Assembly (NCBI GenBank): GCA_964035575.1
Contig: OZ037835.1
Span: 868,001 to 932,000, forward strand
Direction: 5' to 3'
Source of the DNA: Rhynchopus sp. YZ270_cl-10
Lineage: Eukaryota
Length of the DNA: 64,000 bases
The first letter of the stretch is position 1, and each line of letters begins with the position of its first letter. This document shows positions 11,408 to 23,847 of this stretch, piece by piece. The notes beneath the pieces are model-generated. The model had not been told where the DNA came from, did not search any database, and saw only the letters and a program-made list of their open reading frames with translations. The translations under genes were made by a program, and so were the position numbers.

Positions 11408-11761
11408 CTTCCTGATGTGTCTTGTGTTGTCCCTGTTCGTGTGTCGTGAAATCATTCCCCCGAAGACCACTTTATTTGCTTGTTTGCACTGACTCTTTAC
11501 GGAGAACATACATCTTCGGGCACAACACCAAAAAACTTCACTCTCAATTGCAAAAAAAATTTATTTCCTAACCCAACAACAATAAAGCGTGAGGACAATA
11601 AAGAAAAGCAAAGAAGAATGAATTTGATGTTTTGTAAGGCACTCAACGAGTGTGCCAGCTCTGTCATTCTTATGATGCAAGAAACCTATAACACGAAAAT
11701 CCCCCACCCAATACTGCACGTTGCTGAGTTCAACTGAAACACCACCACCACCTCAGCGCAG

Positions 11762-13177
11762 CTAACACACGCAGTTGCAGGGTCGAAGTCGCGAGGCACG
11801 AGAGTTTGCAGCCTCAAGCGCATCAAGCAGCACCTGTGCAACGTCTGTGTGCTTTTCCTCCTCCGCATACTGCAACGCAGTGTTGTTATTTGCAGTGTCT
11901 CGGTGATTCAGTTCCACCTCTGGCAAGCCCACAAGATAGCGCACAGTCTCAGTGTGTCCAAAACGGGCCGCAAATATAAGACAGGTGCGTCCTTCGTCAT
12001 TTGTGACACGCACTCCCGCACCTGCTTCAACCAACATCTTCACAACGTTAAGTCCTCCTGAAGCGCAAGCAGAGTGCAGAGGCGAACATCCCTCGTGGTT
12101 CTGTGCGTCGATGTCTGCACCTGCATCAATCAGCACCTGCACCATGCTTGTGAGATTGTCATCCACAACATAGTACAACGCAGTCTCCGATCTCTGGTGA
12201 GTCTCGTAATCATTTCGCTGATTCACATCAACCTCTGGCAAGCTCAGAAGATAGCGAACAGTCTCAGTTTCTTCATATTGTGCTGCACGCATCAGACACG
12301 TGAATCCTTCTTCATCAAAGGGAAGCACTCCCGCACCTGCTCTGACCAACATCTTCACAATGTCAAGTGCTCCATTACAGCATGCATTGTGCAGAGCTGT
12401 AGTTCCCGTTCTGATGCTCGTTCTCGCGAAGTCTGAACCTGCATCAATCAGCACCTGCACCACGTCTGTACGCTTTTCCGCCACTGCATAGTGCAACGCA
12501 TTGAAGTCGCAACAGTCTCCTTGGTTCAGTTCCACCTCTGGCAAGCCCACAAGATAGCGCACAGTCTCGATGTGTCCTAATTTCGCCGCCAAATGAAGAC
12601 ACGTGTCTCCATCGCCGTCTGTGGCACGCACTCCCGCACCTGCTTCAACCAACATCTTCACAACGTCAAGTGCCCCTTTTTGGCAAGCATAGTGCAGAGG
12701 CGACTGTTGCCACTGGTTTTTTGTATTTACGTCTGCCCCTGCATCAATCAAGACGCGACACACTGCAGGGTCTGACCACATGGTAGGATAGTCATTCCTC
12801 TGATCTCCGCTGTATGTAGGCTTGTGCGGGACAAACGTGATGTTGTTGCAGACAGACTTCCAATGCTGCAAGAGGACCTCCGTGCACGCAACGTGGTCTG
12901 CGTGGACACACTCACTCAGCAGCATCCCAAAGCCCATCTGCGTTGTCTCAACATACGGAAGAAGCAGTGTGAGGCATTCATCGTGGTTCCCTCTGCATGC
13001 CTCGTGCGCAGCATCGAAGGCCACTTTCTTTCTGTCTGGGTTGAACTTGTCAAGGACCGCACGCACGGCAGTCGTGTCGCCGTTCCTGGCAGCCTCCACG
13101 AAGACCTCGTCTGCAGAAAGCTGTCTTCTCTTTCGTGGGTTCTCGTCCTGCGTGCTGTCTGCGTGTCGCTTCGGCAT
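11762..13177 (-). CDS. Ankyrin-repeat protein, family member 1 (471 aa; most diverged copy)
   Basis: MPKRHADSTQDENPRKRR N-terminus and repeated SPLHxAC..G.LDVVKMLV.AGAGV / GHTETVRYLVGLPEV modules. Confidence 0.92.
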   Translation of the reverse strand: MPKRHADSTQDENPRKRRQLSADEVFVEAARNGDTTAVRAVLDKFNPDRKKVAFDAAHEACRGNHDECLTLLLPYVETTQMGFGMLLSECVHADHVACTEVLLQHWKSVCNNITFVPHKPTYSGDQRNDYPTMWSDPAVCRVLIDAGADVNTKNQWQQSPLHYACQKGALDVVKMLVEAGAGVRATDGDGDTCLHLAAKLGHIETVRYLVGLPEVELNQGDCCDFNALHYAVAEKRTDVVQVLIDAGSDFARTSIRTGTTALHNACCNGALDIVKMLVRAGAGVLPFDEEGFTCLMRAAQYEETETVRYLLSLPEVDVNQRNDYETHQRSETALYYVVDDNLTSMVQVLIDAGADIDAQNHEGCSPLHSACASGGLNVVKMLVEAGAGVRVTNDEGRTCLIFAARFGHTETVRYLVGLPEVELNHRDTANNNTALQYAEEEKHTDVAQVLLDALEAANSRASRLRPCNCVC

Positions 13178-13728
13178 ATTGTGTGTTTATGTGTTGGTTT
13201 CTTTTTGTGCAGAGGTTGTGGGTGATGAGAGGACGAAGAACACACATGCAACACACCCTCTGAGGGAACGGAATACACGGATACGTCACACACAACCACA
13301 TGACACCTCCACGAGTCCCCTGTGCATCACAACCCACCTTCACGTCAGTGCAATGACTATCGTACGGCACAGCTGGCTTGAGGTGAACCCTCACTAGCAA
13401 CGCCGAACGAAGGAAACGGTGGAGTTTTGGGGAAATGACTGACGGCTTTGAACAGAGGCCTATGTTTTTCACATGTGCCGCCAGGGCTAGTAACAAGTAA
13501 AAAAATTTCCCGAGAGACTCGTTACTGTTGCTTCTTGCTCAAAAGACTAATAAACCGGGAGGGGGAAATTAAGGTTGTTTGTTGTTCGCTTCCACACAGG
13601 GGAGGGGAGGGGGGAACTTAAAGATAAAACGAGTGTCCAGTCTTGTTCATGTTCAAATTGCTAAGAATAAGCTCACGTACGGGGGGAGAGGAGAAACACA
13701 CTAGGGAATCAAAAAGTAAGAAACCTGA

Positions 13729-14255
13729 GGGGTGGCATCAAAACAAAAAACGCGGACAATGTCCGCGTTTTTGGGGAATTTCAGACCCCCCCCCCTCAGG
13801 CCTCAGCCTAACTGGGGGGGTAGGCAGGCCAACACGGATTAGGGGTGGTGGGTCCCCCCCCCCCCCTCTGTACACAGTTATACAGGGGCTGGGCCGAAGA
13901 AAAATTTTTCCAACCAATTTTTGCCCACAAAAAATCGAAAAAAAAAATTTTTTTTTTCGATTCTCCCGTGTCTGTGCGTGCTGTGATGGGGTCATTTCGC
14001 GCTCAGAAATGAGTATTTTTGACCCAAAATACATGTGTCAGTTTTTACACGATTTTTGAAATTTTCAGTCCAAAACTGACACATGTATTTTGGGTCAAAA
14101 ATACTCATTTCTGAGCGCGAAATGACCCCATCACAGCACGCACAGACACAGGAGAATCGAAAAAAAAAAATTTTTTTTTCGATTTTTTGTGTGGGCAAAA
14201 ATTGGTCGGAAAAATTTTTCTTCGGCCCAGCCCCTGTATAACTGTGTACAGAGGT

Positions 14256-14301
<46 letters not shown>

Positions 14302-15270
14302 ACCACCCACCCCCCAAGGCCAACATCGGCCGAAAAATTACCCAGAGGCCTGCCCCCCCTCCCCCCCCAAAACGCGGACATTTTTGGTTTTTTTTTCCCC
14401 TATTTTTTGCTGGTTTTTGGGTGACGGGGTGCAAATTCGTGACCCAAAACACAGTTTTTTGGCATTTCCGGAATCCGTCCAGAAAGTGGTGGGGTCAATC
14501 TCGAAAATTGGACAATTTTTTGACCACTTAAATTTTTGAAAATATGAGCCCGGTCACTAATACGTGGGGCCCATTTTCGGCCAAAAAATGCTGCTGAAAA
14601 AAATTTGCAGGTGAAAATTTTTCAGCCCCAAAACATGCCGCGATTGGCATTTCCGGGATCTGTCCGCGCTGTGGTGGGGTCAATTTGACGAAATGGCCAA
14701 GTTCTTGGTTTTGGTCAAAATGAGTGTAAGGTAAAGGGGCCAAGCCCCACTGAACAAGGTAAATCCCACAACCCAGATTTTCTCTCTCTGATGCTGAAAC
14801 CATGAAAATGTGCAAAAACACCGGCATTTGCATTTCCGGAATCCGTCCGTTCTGTGGTGGGGTCAATTTGCCAAAATGGACAAGTTCTTGATTTTGGTCA
14901 AAACCCGTCAGTGTAAGGTAAAGGGGTCCAAGTGTTTGCCTGTAGAAGCACATGGTAGCAGCAGGGGTTTAAGGGCCCCCCATTCGTGTACATTTTGCAA
15001 AAAAAACGCGGGCATCTTGTATTTTTTATTTTGCCCGAAAACACCGGCATTTGCATTTCCTGAATCCGCCGGTTCTGTGGTGGGGTCAATTTGCCGAAAT
15101 GGACGAGTTTTTATAAATTTTGGTCAAAATCGTGTACAACCCCAGTGAAGAAAAAAATTTTCGAGGAAAAAAAAACCCCAAAATGTCCGCGTTTTCTGGA
15201 ATTTCAGACCCCCCCCCTCCCCCCCCAAAAACGCGGACATTGTCCGCGTTTTTTGTTTTGATGCCACCCC
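13729..15270. mobile_element. Non-autonomous TIR element (~1.54 kb)
   Basis: ~43 bp TIR GGGGTGGCATCAAAACAAAAAACGCGGACAATGTCCGCG, with TGA on both sides. A homologous element-free site lies at ~62920-62990. Confidence 0.75.
13865..14254. repeat. Foldback inverted repeat with ~180 bp arms and ~25 nt loop, followed by a ~45 nt poly-G
   Basis: CCTCTGTACACAGTTATACAGGGGC... is matched by its reverse complement ending at 14254. Confidence 0.9.
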
Positions 15271-15723
15271 TGAAGGAGGTACTCTTTTGTCTCCAACCTT
15301 ACCCAAAAAATAAAGCTGCTCAAAACAATTTTTGATTGAGATCAGTGTGTGCAGGGCATGTCTGGGAACCTTTTGGGGGAGAGCAGTTGGTATTTTTTTC
15401 TTTCCTTTTCTTTTTTGATAAATTGGAGTAGTGTAGTTGCCTCGTGGGTTGTGTTGCCAGTTTTTTTGTGCAAATCTCCACGTTCCAAAAGTTCACTCAC
15501 GAAGAAGGCCTTTTTTTAAATTTGTTTGTTTTGCTTTTCTTTGAAATTGGATCTTTCTCGTCTGCCGTGGAAGCAAATAAGAAGGGGAGGGAGTGAGAGG
15601 GAGCATTGTCGGAAGACAAGGCAACATACAGTCATTTCTTGGTTTCGTGCACCATGTCTCTAGAATGGGAATGGGTGTAGACTGAGAAGGGCTAAATAGG
15701 ATCTGACTTCAACGATGTGACTA

Positions 15724-15836
15724 CCGTATTCGTACAAATTGTCGACCGTAATAATATTCGACCTTTTCAGGATTTTTCAGGATTTTTTTTGGAAGTTCGA
15801 CCTTTTTTGTACGATCGATAATTTGTACAAACACGG
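15724..15836. mobile_element. Small MITE, Tc1/mariner(pogo)-like
   Basis: TA|CCGTATTCGTACAAATTGTCGA ... TCGATAATTTGTACAAACACGG|CA imperfect TIR. Confidence 0.55.
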
Positions 15837-16239
15837 CAATTGAATAAAAAAGGTTGCCCAGAAAATAGGAGGTGAGTTGTTCAGGTGCAGTGTTTGAGTT
15901 GGACACTTTAACATCAAAAATAGAACCTTAAACACTCATCACACGATAAAAACCCATTGGAGAGGGTTGTGAAACGCACACACCTCGACCTGTTTGGTGA
16001 GGAGGTGGCTCTGCAGCGCGGTTTTCGTCCCCAGAACCGCGAGGTTATTCAATCAAAATGCTTTCTATTTCCTCCTTCATTTTTTAAAAAAAATATATGG
16101 ACAAGATAACATTGAGACAGAAAAATGCACTGCAAAATCGATACAGAAAAATGTGTCCGTAACTGGAGGGGGTTTTTTGAATACAAGACCCAAAGACCCC
16201 TCCTGATATCCATGTCTGATCCTAAAAGTTCTTTTGTTT

Positions 16240-16510
16240 GTTTGATTATAGACTATTATAACAAGATAGCAGCCACGGTTTTTCTTCACAGGATCCTTAA
16301 AAGAGAGCAAATAGAAGGAGTGCGCTTTGCAGGAGGTGTCAGAATCCTTTTTTGTAACTTATTACGCATGTTGATTACAGACTACTATCACTAGATAGCA
16401 GGCACATTTATATTTCTTCACAGGATCCTTAAAAGAGAGCAAATAGAAGGAGTACGCTTTGCAGGAGGTGTCAGAATCCTTTTTTGTAACTTATTACGCA
16501 TGTTGGTTGT
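16240..16510. repeat. Tandem duplication of ~130 bp
   Basis: TCTTCACAGGATCCTTAAAAGAGAGCAAATAGAAGGAG...TATTACGCATGTTG occurs twice. Confidence 0.8.
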
Positions 16511-17545
16511 AGCAAATAGAAGGAGCATGTCTGATCCTAAAAGGGGAAGATCTTGTTTTAAAGCCTCCCAGTAGCACAGTGCTGTAAGAATACGTATTCT
16601 TACAGCACTGCAGTAGCATGGTCTCCCCCGTCCCCCTCCCCGCCCCTTGAAAGGAACTGTTGTGGCAACGGAAGTGGGTGTGTGTGTTCGTGAAGGGGGA
16701 AATAAAGGAGCAGGACAGATACAACAGGGTGTAAACCTCGTTCAGTACTGGTGCTCGGTGGGTTATTTTCTTCTAAGTTTTTTTGTTTTATTTTGTTTTC
16801 TTTGATACATTGTTGGAGTAGTGTGCCTCGGTTGTGTTGCCACAGTTTGTGCAATCTCCACTTTCTTTTGTGCAATCATCCTACCTTGAACTCCCGGAGT
16901 CTCAGAAACTCTCCAATTTTTTTTGAGAATTTTTTTCTCGCGATTTAAAAAAAAAATAAAAATTCGCAATCAATACTTCGCTTGTTAGGGAACTACTGCC
17001 AGCTGCTGTCAAAACACACATTTCACATCATCAGAATAGGCCATATCCCTCGCAAGGGAAATGACCCAGAACCGATTTCTTTTTCTTTTCTTTTTTTCAA
17101 AACACGCACATCTTCCGTCCTTGCGCATCACGCAGGAACCGCTACCTAGCTGGGGGGGTTTGAAACTTTATCTCGCCCTGTCCCCTTATATGAGTTGCAT
17201 GCCACGAAGAGATCTAGCATTGCTTCCCTTTGGCGGGGAGAGGTGTCAGTGGCTGTGTATCGTCGGCCAAGCATTGTCCTGTGAATGTGTTGTGGTACGC
17301 TTTTGCTTATAAGGGTAATAGGAAATTGATGGCATTCAATAATAGCATCGGGGTAGGTAAAGTTGTTCGCTGTAAAAGCAAACCTCGTAGAAAATAAAAT
17401 GCTCGAGAGACTCTCAAAGACTAGAAACGAGAGGGGGAAAATGCTCGAGAGACTCTACTCTTTGCTTTGTTGCTCAAAAGGATAAAAACGGGAAGGGGAA
17501 AAAATTAAGGTTGTTTTGTTGTTCGCTTCCACATAGATTGCATAC

Positions 17546-19909
17546 CATCTCGACGTCTAAGGCATAGATGTTGCCCCATATGTCGCCCAGCATGATTGTA
17601 TTGTATGAAGCAGCAGCACATGACACAGGGGCACGTGTCGTGGCAGAGGTGAACCACGCTCCCGTCGCTGAATGAAGTACGTGGTACTGTAGGGGTGGTT
17701 GGTTGTGAGGGAAAGCAAGAAAAAAAAATGGAGGGAAAGAAAATGGTTACAATACAGTGGAGCTTTGCACAGGTGGCAACTACACTATTCCAACTAATTA
17801 TTCAGATTTTATTTTTCCTTCAAAACTTCACAACGCTTTTTGGTTTTTTTGGGAGACACACAAGGTGCCAGGTTCTATGATATGCACGGAACCACCCTGC
17901 AGCTGTTTGTCATATTATTTCCCGTGCAATACAGGGGAGTTCGAGAACGACCATAGCATTTCCCTTGTCAACTTCATTGGACCTATAAGAAAAATAAGAG
18001 ACTGAGCAGGCCCTTTGAGGGTAGGCACCTCAAAGATGGAAGACTGCGTCGTTTCCCACCAAACCACTCCGCATCGCAAAGCCCTGCATACCTCCTTCGA
18101 CAGTGTCGACACACCCAACAGCCCTCCTGGCAGCACCACTGCACGCACGAAGGTCCCTGCCCTCTCTCGGTCCCCTTCTGGCAACTTCATCGACTCTCCT
18201 TCCACATATGGAACAGGAACGTCAGGCTGACCCTTGAAGACCGTCCACAGCGGCCGGATCTGCGCACTGAGGGGTTCCTCGGTGTCGCCCTTCACATCAA
18301 GATCTGGGATGTGCCAGGCACGGATGTGATCGGCATCAACCGAGATGAGGATGTTATCTGTAATAAATGTTAACGACAACACTGCGAGCACGTGGCTGTG
18401 GATCTCGGCGACTGTTGCGCCGGCCTCTGTTTCCCAGAATTTGATCCCTCCGATGTCGTCTGCCGAGACACAATGGCGCCCTGTGGAGGTCAACGCGACA
18501 GCTGTCGCAACGCTGTCGTGGAGCACCACATAGCTCTGCTTTCCATCGCGAAACACCCCGACCTCACCGGTGGACATACACGACTCGCCAGCTATGACGT
18601 ACAACTTCGCTGCGACACTCATATCCGATGCGTACACATCCAATGGAGGATCGTAGTCGCCACCATACGTCACCGACCCCGTCTTCTTCCGTTTGTTTGC
18701 ATCCCACGTTGTGATCCCCTCTGTGCTAGAGGAGTAGATGTACTGCCCATCTGCAGAGAAGCAGAGCTGTCGGTACGGCACCTCGGCGCAGTCTTCGTCT
18801 TTAAAGGTGTAGAGGGGGCGGGAGGTGCGGACGTCGATTACGCTGACGGAGAGGGTGATGGAGGCGAGCGCTTCGGACATATTCACTTTCTTGGGTTTTG
18901 GTAAGTTGATCGAAGAGTTGTGGCGCCGTGGCTTCAGGGCAGGCCCTTCCACACACGAGAATGCTGCCACCTTCTCGTCTGCGGAGATTGCAATGCTGTG
19001 TATCGCACGCGGAGAGCTTGCGATGCACCGTATCGTCAACGCCGTCACCTTCGCTGGTACGAGACGTGCCTGGACGATGCGTTGTGAGACAAACGCACTT
19101 AATGCTCTTCGCATGTCTTGGCAGGCGCCTTTTCCGTTCTTTTTGGTTTTGCTCCGTGGAGAAACGTTGGTGTTGTCGATCGACGCTCGTGGGCTCCTCT
19201 TTGTACAGTCCAAGAAAGGAACCCCCGGGGTAACCAGCGCTGTGTCTGAATCGGACGCAGGCAGCGCCGTTCCAGCAATCTTTTTGACAAAACGCTTGAC
19301 AATCGGGTCGTCCGCGCTCACATAACCATCCAAAAACTCCTGCAGCGTCGTCCTCGCAACAAACTCACGCTCCTCCCTCGACAACACCACAGTAAAGTTT
19401 CCGCCAAACTCTGTCGTAATCGTCACGACCGCATCCACATCATCGTCGTTGCTTTCCTCCACACTCCACGGTGGTGCGGGGCGTCTCACGCTCAAACCCC
19501 CTACCGCGATACCCCCAAAGTCCACAAGCTGCTCGCTCTCTCCCTTAAATGGTATTGGAGAGCTTCTCAGCTTTACACTATAAACCGGGTGGGTGTACTC
19601 AACGGTCGTAATAGCGTCAAATTTTTTGACAGTGCTTTTGACTGCAGCGAGCAGGGTATCTTCCAGGAGTAGTGGTGGTGGTGCCAGTAACGTCTGGGGG
19701 AGAGCAGCTGTGGCTGGCGCCCCTGCGGATTTTGGAGAGTGGAGCGGGAGGGCTTTCCCGTCCTTGCCCTTCGTGGTCGGGCTGCCAGGCTGCTGCTGCT
19801 GCTTCGAGTGCGAAGGGGCGGTTTTGTTTGCATTGTCGCGGTCGGTACCTTTCGAGTATTTCCCTTCGCGTGTTCCTTCCTCAGCCGTCTTGGACGCGCC
19901 GCACCCCAT
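17546..19909 (-). CDS. WD40-repeat protein with N-terminal MGCGASK acylation motif; exons 19909-18092 and 17686-17546, possible short last exon 17369-17307
   Basis: WD-like segments (FSADGQYIYSSS..ITTWD; CVSADDIGGIKFWE). A phase-0 donor GAG|GTATGC and acceptor CTACAG|TAC give YHVLHSATG...IMLGDIWGNIYALDVEM, a better final blade than the ORF read-through tail. Confidence 0.8.
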
Positions 19910-20679
19910 AATAAAATGAGGCTAAAAAAAAAAGCTGACTGAACTATTTGGTGAAAACCAAATTTAAAAAAAAAATAATCAGAACCTCACTGAGGGAGGG
20001 GGAGGAGAGGAGGGGGGCAGAATGCTTCCGGAAAGACCCTCCCCCCTTCCCCTCCGACACCAACCCAACCGAAGCCTTCGGTTGCTTTATTGTTCCCTTC
20101 TCTCTGGATGTGCCTAGGGTGGGGATGATTGTGTAAAGGATATGGGTATGTGTACTGGGGCTGGTCAAATGGCGCTGTTGTGGGTGTGCGTTGTGTGTAG
20201 GGTGTGCGCTGTAGAGGGTAAGAGCCTGCAATTCGTGGAACACGAATTATACACATGACAATTTTTGGCTTTGAAAATCAAGGCAGCGAAAGAAGAACTC
20301 CTGGCACGCACACTCAACACCAAAGCTGAAGTTGCCATTGTGGATATTCCGGACGAGCCGTTGTCGACAGCGATGATGTTAAAAAGCAGGGGGAAAGAAA
20401 AGGGCTGCAGCAAGCAAAAGCGGAGGCGGCGATTGCAAAAATGTATGCAATCGAGGATCCATTGTCATCCCTCGGATGAGGCAACCCAAAGGCTGGAAAA
20501 AGGGGAGACCATCAAGGGTAAGAGGTTGGTGGTCCTGCGGGGGTGCGGAATCGGGGAGCAAGGCAGCGAGTAAGATGGCGAAAATGGTGAAAACAGGTTC
20601 TGAAGAAAAAGGCGGGACTGCGACCAAGGCTCAGAAGGCAGCTAAGGAGACGGCAGTTTTTCGAGGATTTAAAATTATT

Positions 20680-21540
20680 TCATATACTTTCTTTTCTAAA
20701 CGAAAAGAAGGTAAAGAGGGTGCGAAAAATGTACAAGAGGATTTAAAAAAAAAGAGGGGGAGGAAGGAGAGGGCACACCCTAACCTAAGCTGGTTGATAC
20801 ACTACTAAACTCTTTTTTGAAAACTTTTTTTTGCCATTCCTTTTTTAGGGAACAGGATGTACAGTCCCGGAAGCTTCAATTCAGATTCATATACTTTCAG
20901 TTCACAGAATTGAAAGTATTTGAGAGGGTCAACACAATCCACCCTTTCTTTGCTTCAAGAAAAAAATGGAGTCGGCGGGATTGAAAGAAGTTGCCCTCCT
21001 AAATGTGCAGACACACACAACTGGCAAAAGCAAAGGGATCGCCTTGTATCATTGAAATAGCATTGCTTTGACCAAATGGTACTACAATACAGGAATCATC
21101 CAGAACTGATCTTCTTTTCAAAATAACACCACACACAGCTCCTCTTAAAGAAGAATCGGAAGGTAAGAGTGTCGATGCAGGCGCATCCTACGGCATGACA
21201 CATTGTAGCATTCTTTCATATACTTTCTTTTCTAAACGAAAAGAAGGCAAAGAGGGTGCAAAAAGTGTATCATTGCAATAACATATTACCAAATAGTACT
21301 ACAATACTGCTTGGGAACAACTGATGCCAATACCACAATGCCCAACACATGGTCATTGTTTCTCTCTTTGCCCCATTCCACACACCTCTCATGCAGCACA
21401 CAGCCTCCTGGTATACCACGCTAGGAACTCATCCAAAACTGATTTTTTTTTTCTTCAAAATAACACCACACACAGCTCCCCTCAAAGAAGAATCGGAAGG
21501 TAAGAGTGTCGATGCAGGCACACCCTACGGCATGACACAA
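20680..21540. repeat. Local degenerate duplications
   Basis: CATATACTTTCTTTTCTAAACGAAAAGAAGG at ~20681 and ~21217; AAAATAACACCACACACAGCTCC...GGCATGACACA at ~21120 and ~21457. Confidence 0.75.
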
Positions 21541-21702
21541 TGATTTTCCAGGCTCTGATGAAAGCAGAAAAACCACCCTTGGCGATCAACAGAAAATATC
21601 TGTGAAAAGCGGCCCTATTGGGGTAAAGGGAGCGGATTTTTCTTTTAGAGGGTTGAACAAAACGGCAGCTTTGCAGTGTTTTGGATCACCTTAAATTATG
21701 TA

Positions 21703-21920
21703 CCGACCCTCCCCCGTGAAATTGTCCCCCCAAAAACCGGTATTTTGCCCCCACGGATAAATTTCAAGGGGGTCGGAGGGACAACCTTTGCTCTCCCTTC
21801 TTCACATCAAAAGGCCACCCCCCTGCAGTACGAGATATTGTCCCCCCACACTTTTTCCCCCAGGGGGGACAATTTCAAGGGGGTCGGAGGGGGGGGGACA
21901 ATTACACGGGGGAGAGTCGA
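21703..21920. mobile_element. MITE, Tc1/mariner-like (TA TSD)
   Basis: TA|CCGACCCTCCCCCGTGAAATTGTCCCCC ... GGGGGACAATTACACGGGGGAGAGTCGA|TA. Confidence 0.7.
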
Positions 21921-22011
21921 TACATCCACAAAAAAATTGCTTCATATACTATCTATTCTACTGAATAGAAGGTATATGCCAAAAAAAGAAGAACTAATGG
22001 TGTGGCGCCTT

Positions 22012-22840
22012 AACCGATTCCCCGTGTTTCTACCGTGTTTCTACCAGTTGTCGCTCCGTAAAGGGGGGTTCCAGATGTTGGAAAAATTTCGTTTTTTTCG
22101 CTGGTGAGCTTTTAAACGCCGGCATTTGCATTTCCGGAATCCGTCCGGCCAGTGGTGGGGTCAATTTGCAGAAATGGACAAGTTCTCGTTTTTGGTCAAT
22201 TTTTCGCAGTGCACAGTATACACAGTATACACAGTATACACAGTATACACAGTACACACAGTATACACAGTATACACAGTATACACAGTATACACAGTAT
22301 ACACAGTATACACAGTATACACAGTATACACAGTATACACAGTATACACAGTATACACAGTATACACAGTATACACAGTATACACAGTATACACAGTATA
22401 CACAGTATACACAGTATACACAGTATACACAGTATACACAGTATACACAGTATACACAGTATACACAGTATACACAGTATACACAGTATACACAGTATAC
22501 ACAGTATACACAGTATACACAGTATACACAGTATACACAGTATACACAGTATACACAGTATACACAGTATACACAGTATACACAGTATACACAGTATACA
22601 CAGTATACACAGTATACACAGTATACACAGTATACACAGTATACACAGTATACACAGTATACACAGTATACACAGTATACACAGTATACACAGGGGATTG
22701 GGAGTACAGTACAGTTGCGTGGTCGAAAACCACTTTTTTTGTCAGTTCCGTGACATCCCAGCCAGTTCCGGCTCCGGTCTGTCAAATATGTGCCTCTGTA
22801 TGCCTACAACATAGAGAAGCCCCCTGGTAAAAAAACAAAA
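22012..22840 (+). repeat. Interspersed repeat, copy 1, carrying (ACAGTATAC)~53 at 22213-22692
   Basis: Both flanks are homologous to 30838-31670. The 9-mer array is nearly perfect. Confidence 0.9.
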
Positions 22841-23847
22841 AACAAATTTCCAAAAAAGGGAACCCCCAACCGATTCCCCGTGTTTCTACCGTGTTTCTAC
22901 CGGTTTACCCCCCCAGTAACCGCTGCCACACCAACTAAAAAAAAAAAGAGAAGTAGAAAGTGCAAACGCCTAATAAAACGGACGCAGACACCTTGGGAGA
23001 AAGGGAAAAAAAACCCCCCCATATACCAACCCCACTGATACACACCTTTTTGAGAAATACAAGACAACCTTCAAAAACTCTCTTTTTTTTACTTATTTTG
23101 GGTTTTTTGGTTGAGTACGCAACCAATGTCGGTTCTGTGGAATCACTGAACGCTATTTCAAAGAATATTTGGCGTAAAAAAAAGGGGACGCCAAAGAAAA
23201 ATCAAATTCCACAAAATCCTCCAAACACATTTGGACGACTGTCGTTTTCTCCTTCCACACATAAAAACCTTTTTTGGAGGGGAGGTGGGAACATACAATT
23301 TAAACACAAAATACTGATTACTCTTTACCTTACAGAACCCCGCACACCCCTTCCTCCCCTCCCCAAAAAAATACAAAACTCCAACCCGACCCATTTTATT
23401 TCATTCTTTCCTTTGCGATACTGTACATTTAAAATAGTAAAACGGAAACACTTCACAAAAAAAACCCCCCTTGGGAGGGTTGTGGAAAACACATACATCT
23501 CTACCTATTGTAGGTGAGGATGGTGGTTCCTCTACAGCGCGACTTCGTTCTCAGAACTACATTGTGTGTTTTCAAAAAAAAAAAAAAAAATGCTTTTGCC
23601 TCGTTGACTAGGGACAACAAAATCTTAAAGTACACACTCCGTTGATTCCAAAAAACAGGGGGTGGAGGAAAAAAAATCGCGAATAGAAAAATGGGGGAGA
23701 TATTGAAAAGTTGGAACGCTTCCCTCACCCAGATCACACCTATTTCCCCTCTGATGAAGGAATAACAATTATTTCATATACATTCTTCTGAACCCTTTAC
23801 GGACCGGAGCCATTACAGTGGCTCGGTTAATCCCGCAAAAATATTAA

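Noticed and set aside
27..11492. Long plus-strand ORFs (e.g. 299-2059, 8579-10207, 2201-3292)
   Set aside because: Antisense shadows of the GC-rich minus-strand NLR genes, with H/S/T-biased composition and no domains.
17915..18091. C-terminal tail of the 664 aa ORF
   Set aside because: Probably intronic. It follows a strong donor, runs into a repeat also found at ~50075-50180, and a downstream exon completes the WD40 blade.
20265..20808. K/E-rich plus-strand ORFs
   Set aside because: Short, broken across frames, non-ATG starts, no recognisable family.
22030..22830. ORFs of (YTV)n/(HSI)n/(CVY)n
   Set aside because: Translations of a stop-free 9-mer microsatellite.
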